64,000 nt of DNA from Nitrospira sp. (GTDB lineage: Bacteria; Nitrospirota; Nitrospiria; Nitrospirales; Nitrospiraceae): NCBI GenBank assembly GCA_047150005.1, contig AP038806.1, positions 2,880,001-2,944,000 of the forward strand, read 5' to 3'. A program made the translations under genes and the position numbers. Below, in pieces: positions 1 to 11,774 of the stretch (position 1 is its first letter; each line of letters begins with the position of its first letter). Under the pieces are notes generated by a model. It was given only the letters and a program-made list of their open reading frames with translations, did no database searches and was not told the origin of the DNA.

Positions 1-1347
1 CTCATCCCGCGTCTCGATGAGATTCGTGCCAACGCAGACCGTTCGGTCCGGCAGGCCATCAAGCCGGTCATGGACTTGCTGAAGAATCGCGCCAATCTCG
101 AAAATCCCGATCAGGACGTCCGGCGGTCCGCCGCCACGGATCTCGGCCTGTCCAGGCGCGCGGTCGCGATTCCCTGGCTGGAGCGGGCCGCGGCTAAGGA
201 AGCGCACAAATGGGTTCACTACACGATGGTGGAATCGGCCGCCCTGCTTCGGCTGGCTGCGGACGATCAGACGACGAAACTCGCGGCGATCGACAAGTTG
301 GCCGTCTTGTCGAGTCAGAACGCCGTCCCAAGCCTCAAGGAACTGGCCGATGCGGGGCGTGCGGCGGAAGCGACCGGGCCTCAGCAAGAATTGTCGCAAG
401 CGGCTGCCGCGGCTATCGATCGGATCGAAACCTGGGCCGCCTGGTCCAATGCCATTGAAACAATCTTTCGCGGGATCAGTCTGAGTTCCATCCTCCTCAT
501 CATGTCCGTCGGCCTCGCCATCGTGTTCGGGGTGATGGGGGTGATCAACATGGCTCATGGGGAGTTGATGATGGTGGGGGCCTATGGGACCTTTCTGACC
601 CAGGAATTCTTCAAGGCGTTTGTGTCGCCCGGCCTCTTTGACCATTATTTTCTGCTGGCCATGCCGGTTGCGTTTCTGCTGGCCGCGAGCTGCGGATTGC
701 TGCTCGAAGCGACGGTGATTCGCTTTCTGTACGGCCGGCCGCTGGAGACCATGCTGGCGACGTGGGGAGTCAGCCTGATTCTCATGCAGGCGGCCCGGGT
801 GTATTTCGGAGACCTGACGGCGGTGGTGGCGCCGGCCTGGCTCAACGGCGGCCAGCAAATGATGGTCGGCGTGTTTCTTCCCAACAACCGCTTGTTCGTG
901 ATCGCGCTGTCGGTGATCTGTGTGATGATCATCTACGCGGTGTTGTTCCGGTCCGCTCTCGGATTGCGCGTTCGCGCCGTGACGCAGAATCGCAACATGA
1001 GCGCGTGTCTGGGTATTCCGACCAGGAAAGTCGATGCCTACACGTTCGCGTTCGGATCCGGGCTTGCGGGCATCGCCGGCTGGGCCTTGACCTTGATCGG
1101 GAATGTGGAGCCGGGTCTCGGTCAGAACTACATCGTCGACTCCTTCATGGTCGTGGTGACGGGCGGAGTGGGCAAGCTCGCCGGAACGATCGTGGCATCG
1201 CTGGGCATCGGCGGGCTCAACAAGCTGCTCGAACCAGGCCTGGGAGCCGTGTACGGCAAGGTGTGCATCCTCGTGCTGGTCATTCTGTTCTTACAATGGC
1301 GACCCTCGGGTCTGTTCGCTGTGAAAGGACGCCACGCCGACTCCTAA
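1..1347 (+). CDS. urtB: Urea ABC transporter permease UrtB with N-terminal HEAT-like soluble domain (5'-truncated by window edge)
   Basis: Frame is open from base 1. LivH/UrtB motif GLAIVFGVMGVINMAHGELMMVGAY and YIVDSFMVVV present. Followed by urtCDE. Confidence 0.93.
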   Translation, partial: LIPRLDEIRANADRSVRQAIKPVMDLLKNRANLENPDQDVRRSAATDLGLSRRAVAIPWLERAAAKEAHKWVHYTMVESAALLRLAADDQTTKLAAIDKLAVLSSQNAVPSLKELADAGRAAEATGPQQELSQAAAAAIDRIETWAAWSNAIETIFRGISLSSILLIMSVGLAIVFGVMGVINMAHGELMMVGAYGTFLTQEFFKAFVSPGLFDHYFLLAMPVAFLLAASCGLLLEATVIRFLYGRPLETMLATWGVSLILMQAARVYFGDLTAVVAPAWLNGGQQMMVGVFLPNNRLFVIALSVICVMIIYAVLFRSALGLRVRAVTQNRNMSACLGIPTRKVDAYTFAFGSGLAGIAGWALTLIGNVEPGLGQNYIVDSFMVVVTGGVGKLAGTIVASLGIGGLNKLLEPGLGAVYGKVCILVLVILFLQWRPSGLFAVKGRHADS

Positions 1348-1368
1348 CCGGCTGAACGCATCACGCCC

Positions 1369-2508
1369 ATGGCCGAAGACCGCGATATCCATCCTTCCAC
1401 GCCGCGTGAGACGAGCCTGGCTTTCTGGATCACGGGGTTTGTGTTGCTGGTGCTGATGCCGTTGCTGAACGTCCTGCCGGCCGAAGATTCCTGGCTGCAT
1501 CTGTCGGATTTTTCGCTGAATCGGTTCGGAAAGTTTCTCGCCTTTGCGATCTTGGCGCTGGGGCTCGATTTGATCTGGGGATACACCGGCATCCTGAGCC
1601 TGGGGCAGGGAGTGTTCTTCGGACTCGGCGCCTATTGCATGGGCATGCATCTCATGCTCACGATCGGCAAGGAGAGCGTCTACGGCAGCGACTTGCCCGA
1701 CTTCATGGTCTGGAATCAAGTCAAGGAACTCCCGCTGTTTTGGAAGCCGTTCTACAGTTTCCCCGTCGCGGTCATCGGAGCCGTCCTAGTCCCGACCATC
1801 GTTGCCCTCGTGTTCGGATTTCTGGCGTTCCGCAGCCGGATCAAAGGCGTGTACTTCGCCATCATTACCCAGGCGCTGGCATTGGTCGCCTGGCTCGTTT
1901 TCAATCGGAACGAGACGAATCTCGGCGGCACCAACGGCCTCACCGATTTCAAACAACTGCTTGGATTCCGTCTCTCCGAACCGGGAACGCAACGGGCGTT
2001 GTACGTGATCACGGTGCTCTGTCTCGGAGGCGCCTATTTGCTGTGCCAGTGGATCATCCGGTCGCGGGCCGGGAGAGTCCTCATCGCCGTACGTGATAGC
2101 GAGCAGCGCGTCGTCTTCTCGGGCTACGCACCGGCCAACTATAAGCTGTTCGTGTTCGTCGTGGCCGCGGCCCTGGCCGGGCTGGCTGGGCTGCTCTACG
2201 TGCCTCAGGTCGGTATCATCACGCCGGCGCAGATCGGCGTCCTGCCCTCGCTTGAGATGGTGATGTGGGTGGCGGTTGGGGGACGTGGGACGCTGGCCGG
2301 CGCCGTGCTCGGCGCGGTCAGCGTGAACTTGGGGCGTAGCGTGCTGACGAACTATTTCCCCGAGCTATGGCCGTTCATGTTGGGGGGATTGTTCGTCTCG
2401 GTGGTGCTGCTGTTTCCCAACGGACTGGTCGGTATCCTCCATCTGCTGAGGGATCGGATCGGCGCACGAAAGCCCGCTCCGCTGGCCGAAGGAGAAGCGC
2501 AGACATGA
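1369..2508 (+). CDS. urtC: Urea ABC transporter permease UrtC
   Basis: LGLDLIWGYTGILSLGQGVFFGLGAY, LPDFMVWN and GGTNGLTDF motifs typical of UrtC. Confidence 0.93.
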   Translation: MAEDRDIHPSTPRETSLAFWITGFVLLVLMPLLNVLPAEDSWLHLSDFSLNRFGKFLAFAILALGLDLIWGYTGILSLGQGVFFGLGAYCMGMHLMLTIGKESVYGSDLPDFMVWNQVKELPLFWKPFYSFPVAVIGAVLVPTIVALVFGFLAFRSRIKGVYFAIITQALALVAWLVFNRNETNLGGTNGLTDFKQLLGFRLSEPGTQRALYVITVLCLGGAYLLCQWIIRSRAGRVLIAVRDSEQRVVFSGYAPANYKLFVFVVAAALAGLAGLLYVPQVGIITPAQIGVLPSLEMVMWVAVGGRGTLAGAVLGAVSVNLGRSVLTNYFPELWPFMLGGLFVSVVLLFPNGLVGILHLLRDRIGARKPAPLAEGEAQT

Positions 2509-3272
2509 GTGAACGAGGCTCGATCGTCTATCTCGAAGGGGTCACCGTCGACTATGACGGCTTCAAGGCGCTCAACAATCTGAACTTCATCGTGAACTAC
2601 AATGAACTGCGCGTCGTCATCGGACCCAACGGCGCCGGAAAGACCACCCTCCTCGACGTCATTTGCGGCAAGGTCAAGCCGGCGGCCGGCCGCGTGATCT
2701 TCGGCAAGGATACGGATCTGATCGGCAAGCGGGAGGACGACATTGTCAAACTCGGCATTGGGCGGAAGTTTCAGGCTCCGTCCATCTACACCAACCTGAC
2801 CGTATGGGAAAATCTCGACCTCTCGTTAAAGCGGTCCAGCAAGGGTGTCTTCCATACGATCATGAGCCGGTGTACCGATGAAGAACGGGCGCGAATCCAC
2901 GAGGCGCTGGCGACGATCGGTCTGGAGGGCTATGCAAAGACGCGGGCAGGCTCCTTGTCGCACGGACAGAAGCAATGGCTGGAGATCGGCATGGTCATTC
3001 TGCAGGATCCCTCGCTCCTTCTGGTGGATGAGCCGGTCGCCGGCATGACGGACAAGGAAACCGAGCAGACTGGGGTTCTCTTGCAATCTCTCGCGGCACG
3101 CCATGCCATCATCGTGATCGAGCACGACATGGAATTCGTCCGCCAGATCGCGCGGGTCGTCACCGTGTTGCACGAGGGTACGGTGATCTGCGAGGGGACG
3201 GTTGAAAAGGTCCAGGCCGACGCGCGCGTGCGGGAAATCTATCTGGGGCGGCAGAAAGTCGCCCATGTGTAA
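2505..3272 (+). CDS. urtD: Urea ABC transporter ATPase UrtD
   Basis: Walker A GPNGAGKT, LSHGQKQWLEIGM, DEPVAGMT. ATG at 2505 overlaps the urtC stop (ATGA). Confidence 0.93.
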   Translation: MSERGSIVYLEGVTVDYDGFKALNNLNFIVNYNELRVVIGPNGAGKTTLLDVICGKVKPAAGRVIFGKDTDLIGKREDDIVKLGIGRKFQAPSIYTNLTVWENLDLSLKRSSKGVFHTIMSRCTDEERARIHEALATIGLEGYAKTRAGSLSHGQKQWLEIGMVILQDPSLLLVDEPVAGMTDKETEQTGVLLQSLAARHAIIVIEHDMEFVRQIARVVTVLHEGTVICEGTVEKVQADARVREIYLGRQKVAHV

Positions 3273-3385
3273 AGGTAGTGGAAAGTATCTCGTGAAGCGT
3301 CAAGCGCGAACTGAGGGAGGCAAGTCAAGACTGGGGGGGCGTAGCGGCAAGAAACGAGATGCGAGCGACGAGATGCGGTAACTTC

Positions 3386-4096
3386 ATGTTGGAACTGAAG
3401 AACATCAACGCCTACTACGGGGAGAGCCATATTCTTCGGAACGTGTCCTTCGCCGTCTCTTCCGGAGAAGTGGTCTGCCTAATGGGACGAAACGGGGTGG
3501 GCAAGACGACCACCCTCAAGGTCATCACGGGGTTGCTGGCGGTCCGGTCCGGAACGCTGAAATTCGATGGGATGGACATCACGAAGCTGCCGACCGACCG
3601 GAGGGCGCGCCGGGGGCTGGCCTACGTACCTCAAGGCCGTGAGATCATCCCCCATCTGACAGTGCGGGAAAATCTGCAACTGGGATTCTGGGCGAGGGCC
3701 GATGCGCCGGACCGTGCGGTCGAACGGGACGCGTTCGAGGAGGTGTATCAGCTCTTTCCCAAGCTCACGGATATTCTCCACCGTCCTGGCGGAGTCCTGA
3801 GCGGAGGAGAGCAGCAGCAGCTTGCAATCGGGCGGGCCCTGCTCTCGTGCCCGAAGCTCCTTCTCCTCGACGAGCCGACCGAAGGCATTCAGCCGTCCGT
3901 CGTCGATCAGATCGAAGACGTGATCATCCGATTCAAGAATTCGCGACGGTTCGCCATTCTTCTGGTGGAACAGGGGCTGCATTTTGCCGCGCGATTGGCG
4001 GAGACGTACGTGGTCATGGCCAAGGGCGCGGTCATGGCATGCGGCAAGAGCGACGAGTTGAACGCGGACATGGTCAGGCAGCATCTGACGGTGTAA
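3386..4096 (+). CDS. urtE: Urea ABC transporter ATPase UrtE
   Basis: GRNGVGKTT, YVPQGREI, LSGGEQQQLAIGRAL, DEPTEGIQPS. Confidence 0.92.
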   Translation: MLELKNINAYYGESHILRNVSFAVSSGEVVCLMGRNGVGKTTTLKVITGLLAVRSGTLKFDGMDITKLPTDRRARRGLAYVPQGREIIPHLTVRENLQLGFWARADAPDRAVERDAFEEVYQLFPKLTDILHRPGGVLSGGEQQQLAIGRALLSCPKLLLLDEPTEGIQPSVVDQIEDVIIRFKNSRRFAILLVEQGLHFAARLAETYVVMAKGAVMACGKSDELNADMVRQHLTV

Positions 4097-4233
4097 GCGG
4101 CGGGTCCTGGTATCGACGCATCCCGAAGGCGACCTTCCATCTCTGGTCTGGTTGATCTCCCCTGGCGCGAACGCTACTATTCTTCGACGAACGCCTGTCA
4201 GGAAAACTCGAATAACATCTTGAAGTAAACGTC

Positions 4234-4632
4234 ATGAGACTCTGTGCGATGGACAGCGAGGCCCGGGTCAGACTGAAGTGTTTGTGCGCGCTCCTCATGC
4301 TGCTTTCCTTGCCGGCCTGCGCGACAAGACAGTATACGCCGCTAGCTGAGACAGACCATGATCAGGTTGAGCAGCTAAGGGAGGATGTTTATCGCGTGGA
4401 ATACCGGGTCAGCGCATTCACTTCACAGGAGCAGCTCGATCGCTATCTCAAACGTCGCTGTGCGGAACTGACGCTTCGCGAAGGCTATGACTACTTTCAT
4501 CTCGGCCGACGGTTCGATGTGCTCATGCTCTCTCGTCGGACGTCCATGACGGTCACGATGTTCAAAGGCGAGCCGCCCGTGCCAGCCCCGGATTTGTACG
4601 ATGCAAGGACCGTCTTGAAGCAGGTGCCATAG
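4234..4632 (+). CDS. Putative small lipoprotein, unknown function
   Basis: Lipobox-like LLSLPAC after a hydrophobic stretch. Fills the gap between urtE and the porin. Confidence 0.6.
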   Translation: MRLCAMDSEARVRLKCLCALLMLLSLPACATRQYTPLAETDHDQVEQLREDVYRVEYRVSAFTSQEQLDRYLKRRCAELTLREGYDYFHLGRRFDVLMLSRRTSMTVTMFKGEPPVPAPDLYDARTVLKQVP

Positions 4633-4688
4633 CATGGCCAGGGCGCAAGACGCCCAATCGGCGGAGTCATAATGCACTGTGGCGTTGA

Positions 4689-5972
4689 ATGAGGCCGGCC
4701 CGCTTTCGAACCCTCCTCTTGTTCATCCTTCTGCACTTTCCTGCCTGGGGTGTTTCCCTCGACACCTCTGCCGCGGAAGAAGCGGAGCCGTCGTCGGTTA
4801 AGGACCGTCTGCAGAACGCCACTCTCCGGCTGAAAGGCGCTGCTGAAGATCGGATCGAGAAGCGGCCGCTCTGGCGAAAGTGGAATCTCCATATCTACGG
4901 CTATCTCGAAGGATCCTATACGCAGAATTTCAACAATCCGTCCAACCGCATCAACCAACTCCGCATCTTCGACGTGCAGTCCAATCAATTCAGACCGAAT
5001 CTGGCGCAAATCGTGCTTGGGAAAGACGCGGAAGCCGGCGAATCCTGTCGCGATCGTTTCGGGTTCAAAGTGAAGTTCAATGCCGGCCGCGACTCGGATT
5101 TCATTGGTGGAACCAATCTAAGCCAGTGGGCGGATTTTCAGGAATTCTACGTCCAGTATCTCGCGCCGGTGGGGAATGGGCTGAACATCCAGGCGGGGCA
5201 AATCAACAGTTTGATCGGCTACGAGGTGCTCGAGAGCCCGCACAATGCGAACTATTCCAGATCCTGGCTGTTCGGATTGGGGCAACCGTTCACAACACGC
5301 GGCCTGCGCGCCACCTATGACTTTAATAAGCAGATCACGTGGGCGGTGGGGGTGATCGGCTACGTCAACTCGGCGCGGGCCGATTCGCAGAGTGATCCGC
5401 TGGTGGAATCCGCGCTGAGGATCAATGCATCGGAGACGATGAAGCTGACGCTGTATAGTCTGGCCGGCAACCGGTCAGGACCGACGGGAACACCGGGAGG
5501 GTTCCAGACGTTGGCGGGCGGCTATTTCAGTTGGCAAATCAACGAGCAGACGTCGACCGTCATCGAAGCGTATTACTCCAATCAGGCAAACAGCAGCACG
5601 ATCAGTTCGGGAAAAAACGCGCGATGGAACGGCGTCGCTGCCTATGTGATACACGATTTCACCCGGCAGTGGGGCATTCGCCTGCGGGGTGAATTATATG
5701 AGGATGCGGGAGGCTACACGACTTGCGAGGGTACGACGGCCTACCAGCCGCGGGCGAACGTCTGCTTCGGTGCAACGACCACCACGCCGGCGCCTCCGAT
5801 CGGGCAGACCTTGTGGGAGGTCACGACGACGCTCCAATACAAACCATTCCGGTCGTTGACGACCAGACTGGAGTACCGGTACGACAAGTCCAACCAGAAC
5901 GTCTTCCAGGTTGGTGGCCGTGCGACCAGCTACCAACCGACTCTTTCGCTGGACGTGATCTATCTCTTCTGA
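4689..5972 (+). CDS. Outer-membrane beta-barrel porin (BBP2/OmpL-like), paralog of 22042-23433
   Basis: Signal peptide, amphipathic beta-strands, C-terminal Y-L-F. Shares YTQNFNNP, LIGYEV and RLEYRYDKS motifs with the second porin. Confidence 0.8.
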   Translation: MRPARFRTLLLFILLHFPAWGVSLDTSAAEEAEPSSVKDRLQNATLRLKGAAEDRIEKRPLWRKWNLHIYGYLEGSYTQNFNNPSNRINQLRIFDVQSNQFRPNLAQIVLGKDAEAGESCRDRFGFKVKFNAGRDSDFIGGTNLSQWADFQEFYVQYLAPVGNGLNIQAGQINSLIGYEVLESPHNANYSRSWLFGLGQPFTTRGLRATYDFNKQITWAVGVIGYVNSARADSQSDPLVESALRINASETMKLTLYSLAGNRSGPTGTPGGFQTLAGGYFSWQINEQTSTVIEAYYSNQANSSTISSGKNARWNGVAAYVIHDFTRQWGIRLRGELYEDAGGYTTCEGTTAYQPRANVCFGATTTTPAPPIGQTLWEVTTTLQYKPFRSLTTRLEYRYDKSNQNVFQVGGRATSYQPTLSLDVIYLF

Positions 5973-6048
5973 GCCGTCGGATCCGGCGCGTGATTAGCGA
6001 AACCCTGTTCCCGGCCCGAAGTCTTTGCTTCAGGCAGCAAGTGATCAA

Positions 6049-6963
6049 TCATCGCCAGGCAGATTTTGGGAGGACAGGTGCTCCCGTGACCGTTTGGCGG
6101 ACAATGGACCAAAACTCTCTGACCCTGGACTGAACCGGTTCAGATTCCCGGCCGAGAACCTTAAAGACCAACCCGGCGTCGTTGGGTAGCCGCGATGCAC
6201 CGGCGGCCCAGTGTTCGTCCCGGTTCACGACCGCGGGTACTTGACTGAAGACTACGTCCGCATGGTGTCGAGGCGTCAGCAAAAGGACGTTGGCAAACAC
6301 GTCGTACGCACCCATGACTCCCACCTGCCGTACGTTGTGCACGTGGGGTTCGATGACGAACTTTTCGGTGAACAACTCGGTGCCATCGAGTCGTTGTCCT
6401 CGGACGGTGGAAGAGAGCACGTCGTACTGAAACAGCTCTCCTTCATGGTGATGCTTGCGCCCTCCCAGCAAAATCTCCGAGTAGAGCAGCGTGGCGGTAG
6501 GGTGCACACTCATGCGCGTGAAGGTCGCGAAGCGGGCATGCGCATGGGGGATGATTGGGTCAGGGAGGTACTCCAAATAGGCGTTCTCGCCCACCACGAT
6601 GTTCTGGGTTTGGGCGGCATAGTTGGCATCCATCGAATGGATCTTGGTGGCGGCCTGCGTCGTGATGTGAGCGCGCGCGTCGGGTGCGAGGTCGATTTCA
6701 ATGTTGAATCGGTCGCCCTGCAGGATACTGCCAGTGGTCGTGATCATGAACACGCATGGCAGGTCGGGCAGAGCCTCGTCCCAATATAGGGCCTGCTGCA
6801 CGAGGAGCGGAGCGCGTCGATCAAGATGCGCCAGGACGGTGCGCTCTCCGCGACGTTCGAAACCGAGACGCAGGAACGCATTCTTGCCCACAGCGCCGCT
6901 AGGCATATGCGAGGGCTCATCCTGAAATGAAGTCAATTCAGGCAGGTGATGAAACGCAGTCAT
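6049..6963 (-). CDS. ureD: Urease accessory protein UreD
   Basis: [27 protein letters not shown]. Start chosen at the ATG overlapping the ureG stop. Confidence 0.9.
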   Translation of the reverse strand: MTAFHHLPELTSFQDEPSHMPSGAVGKNAFLRLGFERRGERTVLAHLDRRAPLLVQQALYWDEALPDLPCVFMITTTGSILQGDRFNIEIDLAPDARAHITTQAATKIHSMDANYAAQTQNIVVGENAYLEYLPDPIIPHAHARFATFTRMSVHPTATLLYSEILLGGRKHHHEGELFQYDVLSSTVRGQRLDGTELFTEKFVIEPHVHNVRQVGVMGAYDVFANVLLLTPRHHADVVFSQVPAVVNRDEHWAAGASRLPNDAGLVFKVLGRESEPVQSRVREFWSIVRQTVTGAPVLPKSAWR

Positions 6964-7598
6964 GTGTGCATCTTGCTGAAGGTCATGTCGAACAACACAT
7001 TCTGCTGGATGAGCGCGACCAGGTCCATAATGCCTTCTCCGGTCTTGCAATTGGTGAAGACGAAAGGCTTATCCCCCCGCATCATTGTGGAGTCCTTTTC
7101 CATCACCTGCAGACTCGCGCCCACGTACGGAGCAAGGTCGGTCTTGTTGATGACCAGAATATCGGATTGGGAAATGCCTGGGCCATTCTTCCGTGGAATC
7201 TTGTCGCCTGCGGCGACATCGATCACGTAAATGAAGAAATCGACCAACGCGGGGCTGAAGGTGAGGGTGAGGTTATCGCCGCCGCTCTCGATGAGCACAA
7301 AATCGCTGTCAGGGAAACGGGATTCCATGTCTTCCACTGCCGCGAGATTCATGCTGGGGTCTTCGCGCACGGCTGTATGCGGGCAGGCTCCTGTTTCCAC
7401 TCCGATAATCCGCTCTTCGAGTAGGATGCCTTTCAAGGTGCGCTGGACGTGTTTGGCATCTTCCGTGGTGACGATGTCATTCGTAATGATGAGGACCTTC
7501 ACCCCCATTTTGACGAAGATAGGCGTCATGGCTTCGATAATAGCGGTCTTGCCGGAGCCCACCGGGCCGCCTACGCCGATTCGTGTGATTTTCTTCAT
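6960..7598 (-). CDS. ureG: Urease accessory GTPase UreG
   Basis: [31 protein letters not shown]. Confidence 0.97.
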   Translation of the reverse strand: MKKITRIGVGGPVGSGKTAIIEAMTPIFVKMGVKVLIITNDIVTTEDAKHVQRTLKGILLEERIIGVETGACPHTAVREDPSMNLAAVEDMESRFPDSDFVLIESGGDNLTLTFSPALVDFFIYVIDVAAGDKIPRKNGPGISQSDILVINKTDLAPYVGASLQVMEKDSTMMRGDKPFVFTNCKTGEGIMDLVALIQQNVLFDMTFSKMHT

Positions 7599-7614
7599 GA
7601 TGCGCCGTATTCAG

Positions 7615-8391
7615 TTAGTTCATGAACATTCGTACATGCGCCTTCACGTGCGCCGCCGCCATGATGTCGAGCGAAGGCGAAAATGTTGCCATGTCGTCGA
7701 GCGTGGCCCCGGAGACGCGCGTATACGCCGCTTCCGTTGTCGTGTTCACCTCAAAAAGAATGGATTGCGCATCCAGATGATGAATCTTCATCAGCCGCAA
7801 TGACGCGCTCAAAATCATGCTTGCCGCGCCGTACTGGTGCGCGGCGAAGGCATCGTGCTCGGGTAGGCTCAGTTCGGCGAACAGAAGCCCGAGACAGACC
7901 GGATAGGTGCCGGGTGTTTCCTTGCGTTCGATGTGTCTCAACCAGTTCGTCAAGAGCGGGGTCTGGATCAAATGGATCGCCATTTCCGCGAGCTTCTTTC
8001 CCATTCGCACGCTCATGGTCCGCATCTCTTCGTTGATCTTGCGGTTGAAGAGGGCGGTATCGGCCCGTAGCGCATCGGGCAGATTGTGTGCGCAGGCCGC
8101 ACGGTGCGCCGCCAGCAAGGCGATGGCATCAGCGGAGGCCGATTGGTGGGTGGCGGTCATGACGAATTGGCGCAGGGTCTCAAGGTCGTGAACAAAGTGG
8201 AGGTGAATCGCGGATTCCAGTCCGTTTGAAAAGGAAAACGCGCCGACCGGTACGACCGAGTCCCCAAATTGCAGGACGCGCATCAGTTCGGTAATCGTGA
8301 GCCGAGGATCTCGGGACGACACGGTCGAAGATGGAGAGTTGGTCGACGCATGCTCGGACGAATCGGGGATCGTCGTGTGCTTAGTGGGCAT
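7615..8391 (-). CDS. ureF: Urease accessory protein UreF
   Basis: QFGDSVVPVGAFSFSNGLE and C-terminal H..AHVRMFMN. The start is uncertain; ATG 8391 overlaps the ureE end. Confidence 0.88.
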   Translation of the reverse strand: MPTKHTTIPDSSEHASTNSPSSTVSSRDPRLTITELMRVLQFGDSVVPVGAFSFSNGLESAIHLHFVHDLETLRQFVMTATHQSASADAIALLAAHRAACAHNLPDALRADTALFNRKINEEMRTMSVRMGKKLAEMAIHLIQTPLLTNWLRHIERKETPGTYPVCLGLLFAELSLPEHDAFAAHQYGAASMILSASLRLMKIHHLDAQSILFEVNTTTEAAYTRVSGATLDDMATFSPSLDIMAAAHVKAHVRMFMN

Positions 8392-9001
8392 GATCGTCTG
8401 GATGACCGTGGCCATGTGGGTGAGTATGGTCATGCGAATGATCGTGCCCCTCGACATGAGAATGAACGGGACCTTCTGCTCCTCCGAAGAGGCGACGGGA
8501 TTCATGGGGGGCGAGATAGGGAATGACCTCAGACCCGGGAACAAAGTCGTAGGTGATCCCGCGAAAGGCGTGCGTCTTCATGACAGAAGCCATGACTTGT
8601 TTATCAACAGTCAGCGGAATATAGACTCGATTGCTTTTGACGACCGCAGGCCAGTGCTGATTTCCCAAGGCATGACCCAATTCCACGCAGGTACGAATCA
8701 ATGTATCCGATGTATGCGTCTGCAGCGCGGTCAATTCGACGACCATCACTTCCTTCAAGGTCACTCGGGCGACGATCGCGGCCTGTCGCTCCTCGTCCCA
8801 TACCAGCACGTCGCCATCGCGCAGGAGGACGCCGCGTGGCAACGAGACGGCCACGTCGACACCGTTCTGACTCGGCTTCCGCAGGCGACTCTTTTGCGCT
8901 TCCCACTGGTCAAGCGCCAGCCAATCCAGCGTCGCCTGTTCCAGGCGTGCGTTCCAGACGGTTTCGTGAATGTTGCCGATGATGGCTTCGATGACAAGCA
9001 T
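8381..9001 (-). CDS. ureE: Urease accessory Ni-chaperone UreE with His-rich tail
   Basis: LRDGDVL, LGHALGNQHWP, C-terminal HSHVEGHDHSHDHTHPHGHGHPDDHAH. Confidence 0.92.
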   Translation of the reverse strand: MLVIEAIIGNIHETVWNARLEQATLDWLALDQWEAQKSRLRKPSQNGVDVAVSLPRGVLLRDGDVLVWDEERQAAIVARVTLKEVMVVELTALQTHTSDTLIRTCVELGHALGNQHWPAVVKSNRVYIPLTVDKQVMASVMKTHAFRGITYDFVPGSEVIPYLAPHESRRLFGGAEGPVHSHVEGHDHSHDHTHPHGHGHPDDHAH

Positions 9002-9141
9002 AGGAGCGATATTATGAAATGCTCCTATTCCGTAAAGCAACTTCGCGGGGCCGACCAGGGCAGCATAGAGCGGAGCCACGGCACCAACCGGCCGTGACTC
9101 CGCTCCCCACTGGCTTTCCTGTTCATCCCGCGCCGAGCGGC

Positions 9142-10860
9142 TCAGCTAAAAAAGTAGAGCTGGTTCAAAGCGATGGATTGAGCCGGTTTGACTGTGGCAT
9201 GGACCCCGTCCACCTTGACCGCGAACGTTTCGGGATTCACTTCGATTTTTGGCGTCAGCCCATTACGCACCATGTCTCGTTTTGTCAGCGTGCGCGTGCC
9301 ATACACCGGCATGACTTTGCGTTTCAGGTCCAGCTTGTTCGCGATACCGTTGTCATAAGCCGCGCGCGAAACAAAGCTGATGCAGGTCTCGGGCAATGCC
9401 CGGCCGAATGCGCCGAACATCGGGCGATACGTCACGGGCTGAGGCGTCGGCAGGGATGCGTTCGGATCCCCCATAATCGACCAGTTGATCAAGCCGCCTT
9501 TGATCACCATCTTGGGTTTGGCGCCGAACATGGCCGGTTCCCACAGGACGAGGTCGGCCATTCTCCCCGGAGCAATTGAGCCCACGACATGGGAAATGCC
9601 CTGGGTGATGGCCGGATTAATCGTCACCTTCGCGACGTAACGCAGGACTCGGTAGTTGTCGTTATTCGGTGAATCCTCCGGCAGCTTACCGCGGCCCTTT
9701 TTCATCGCATCCGCCGTCTGGATCGCGCGCAACCAATTCTCACCAACGCGACCCATGGCTTGTGAGTCGCTCGAAAACATGGAGATCACACCCATGTCGT
9801 GGAGGACGTTCTCGGCGGCGATCGTTTCGGGTCTGACCCGGCTCTCGGCGAACGCCACGTCCGACGGCACCTTGGGATTGAGATTGTGGCAGACCATGAT
9901 CATGTCGAACAATTCCGCCATCGTGTTGATCCCGTAGGGCAACGTCGGATTCGTGGAACTGGGCAACACGTTGAGTTCGCCCGCTACCTTGATGATGTCG
10001 GGCGCGTGACCGCCTCCGGCGCCTTCCGTGTGGTAGGTGTGAATCGTGCGGCCTTCGAATGCCGCGATGGTGTCCTCGACAAAACCGCCTTCGTTAAGCG
10101 TGTCGGTGTGGATGCAGACCTGCACGTCCATGTCGTCGGCGACCGAGAGGCTGGCTCGAATCGTTGAAGGGGTGGTCCCCCAATCTTCGTGGATCTTGAA
10201 GCCCGCGGCGCCTGCCAGCACCTGCTCCACCAACGGCGCCTTGCCCGAACAGTTGCCTTTGCCGAGAAATCCGAAGTTGATCGGCAGCCCTTCGACTGCC
10301 CGAAGCATCATTTCAATGTTCCATCGTCCGGAGGTGATGGTCGTGCCGTTCGTGCCGTCGGTCGGCCCGATGCCTCCGCCGAAGAAGGTGGTCACGCCGT
10401 TGCTCAAAGCGGCATAGACCTGCTGCGGAGAGATCATATGGATGTGTCCGTCGTTTCCGCCTGCGGTCAGAATCAAGTGCTCGGCTGTGATGGCATCCGT
10501 AGCCGGCCCGACCGTGAGTCCGGGAGTCACGCCGTCCATGGTGCCGGGATTGCCGGCCTTGCCCACGCCGACGATCTTGCCATCCTTGATGCCGACATCG
10601 GCCTTGACGATTCCCAGCAACGCATCCACCACCGTCACGTTGGTGATCACCAGGTCGAGCGCGCCGCCTTCGCTCGTGAGTTGATTGTCCATCCCCATTC
10701 CGTCGCGCAGTGTCTTGCCGCCGCCGTAGATGGCCTCATCCCCGTACACGCGCAGATCCTTCTCGATCTCGATATAAAGGTCGGTATCACCCAGGCGGAT
10801 CTTGTCTCCGACGGTCGGTCCGAACAGGCTCGCGTTCTCCTTCCGAGATATCTGTGACAT
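9142..10860 (-). CDS. ureC: Urease subunit alpha
   Basis: DGHIH Ni ligands, [41 protein letters not shown] precedes ATG 10860. Confidence 0.98.
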   Translation of the reverse strand: MSQISRKENASLFGPTVGDKIRLGDTDLYIEIEKDLRVYGDEAIYGGGKTLRDGMGMDNQLTSEGGALDLVITNVTVVDALLGIVKADVGIKDGKIVGVGKAGNPGTMDGVTPGLTVGPATDAITAEHLILTAGGNDGHIHMISPQQVYAALSNGVTTFFGGGIGPTDGTNGTTITSGRWNIEMMLRAVEGLPINFGFLGKGNCSGKAPLVEQVLAGAAGFKIHEDWGTTPSTIRASLSVADDMDVQVCIHTDTLNEGGFVEDTIAAFEGRTIHTYHTEGAGGGHAPDIIKVAGELNVLPSSTNPTLPYGINTMAELFDMIMVCHNLNPKVPSDVAFAESRVRPETIAAENVLHDMGVISMFSSDSQAMGRVGENWLRAIQTADAMKKGRGKLPEDSPNNDNYRVLRYVAKVTINPAITQGISHVVGSIAPGRMADLVLWEPAMFGAKPKMVIKGGLINWSIMGDPNASLPTPQPVTYRPMFGAFGRALPETCISFVSRAAYDNGIANKLDLKRKVMPVYGTRTLTKRDMVRNGLTPKIEVNPETFAVKVDGVHATVKPAQSIALNQLYFFS

Positions 10861-10919
10861 GCCTGTATCCTCTTTCTTGGCCTTCGTGGCCAATTAGTGT
10901 GCCGTGCCGGTGTATCTCA

Positions 10920-11351
10920 TCAGGGCTTCTTGTTCTTCGATTTGAAGCCGCGTTCGTTGGCGCGTTCCAATCCTTTGTCGAGATTCGGCCTGTAGCCGGG
11001 GGTGGGACCGGCCCCGGTCCAGCCGTCTACGAGATTGTTGAATCCGTGGATCCGCTGCTTGCCTCCGAATGGGACAAGCGTCACTTCCTTCTCGTCGCCT
11101 GGTTCGAAGCGCAAGCCTGTCGAGGCTGGAATGTCCAATCGCTGCCCGAACGCGGCTTTCCGGTCAAATTCCAGGGCGCGATTGACCTCGAAGAAATGAA
11201 AATGAGAGCCCACTTGGATGGGGCGATCGCCCGTATTGCGCACCTTGATCTTGACAGTCGGTCGTCCCGCATTGATTTCAATAGGTTTATCAGAAAGAAC
11301 GTAGCCGCCGACGGGTGTCTTCACGGGCGCATTTGGTTTTTGAGTTGCCAT
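10920..11351 (-). CDS. ureB: Urease subunit beta
   Basis: [24 protein letters not shown]. Confidence 0.97.
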   Translation of the reverse strand: MATQKPNAPVKTPVGGYVLSDKPIEINAGRPTVKIKVRNTGDRPIQVGSHFHFFEVNRALEFDRKAAFGQRLDIPASTGLRFEPGDEKEVTLVPFGGKQRIHGFNNLVDGWTGAGPTPGYRPNLDKGLERANERGFKSKNKKP

Positions 11352-11401
11352 TGTTTGCTCCCTCTGAGCGGGTTCGAATCCTGTTACGCAAGCCCTATCG
11401 A

Positions 11402-11704
11402 CTACTGAATTGGTCCATGAACGGTCACCAGGCGGCTACCGTCCGTGAAGACCGCTTCTAACTGAACCAGTGGGATCATTTCGGCCACGCCCTCCATGAC
11501 GTCATCCCGTGTCAATGTCGACCGGGCTTCTTTCATCACCTGCTCGAGGGATTTGCCCTCTCTCGCGCCGTCCAGCGCGGAGGCCGTAATCACCGCCACC
11601 GCTTCGGGGTGATTCAGCTTCAAGCCTTTCGCTTTGCGTTTCAACGCCACCTCGGCCATCATATAGATCAGCAATTTGTCCATTTCTCTCGGCGTGAGAT
11701 GCAT
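11402..11704 (-). CDS. ureA: Urease subunit gamma
   Basis: MHLTPRE..KL, LNHPEA, F.DG.RLVTVH.PI; 100 aa. Confidence 0.97.
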   Translation of the reverse strand: MHLTPREMDKLLIYMMAEVALKRKAKGLKLNHPEAVAVITASALDGAREGKSLEQVMKEARSTLTRDDVMEGVAEMIPLVQLEAVFTDGSRLVTVHGPIQ

Positions 11705-11774
11705 GGCGTACTCCTTTACTTATGGTGTCCCGCGGCGGGACGGACAACGATCTGAGAAACGGACTCCTGGTCAG

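Noticed and set aside
4641..4655. Hairpin GGGCGCAAGACGCCC before the first porin as another ANTAR site
   Set aside because: Loop is not a hexaloop; no partner hairpin or terminator.
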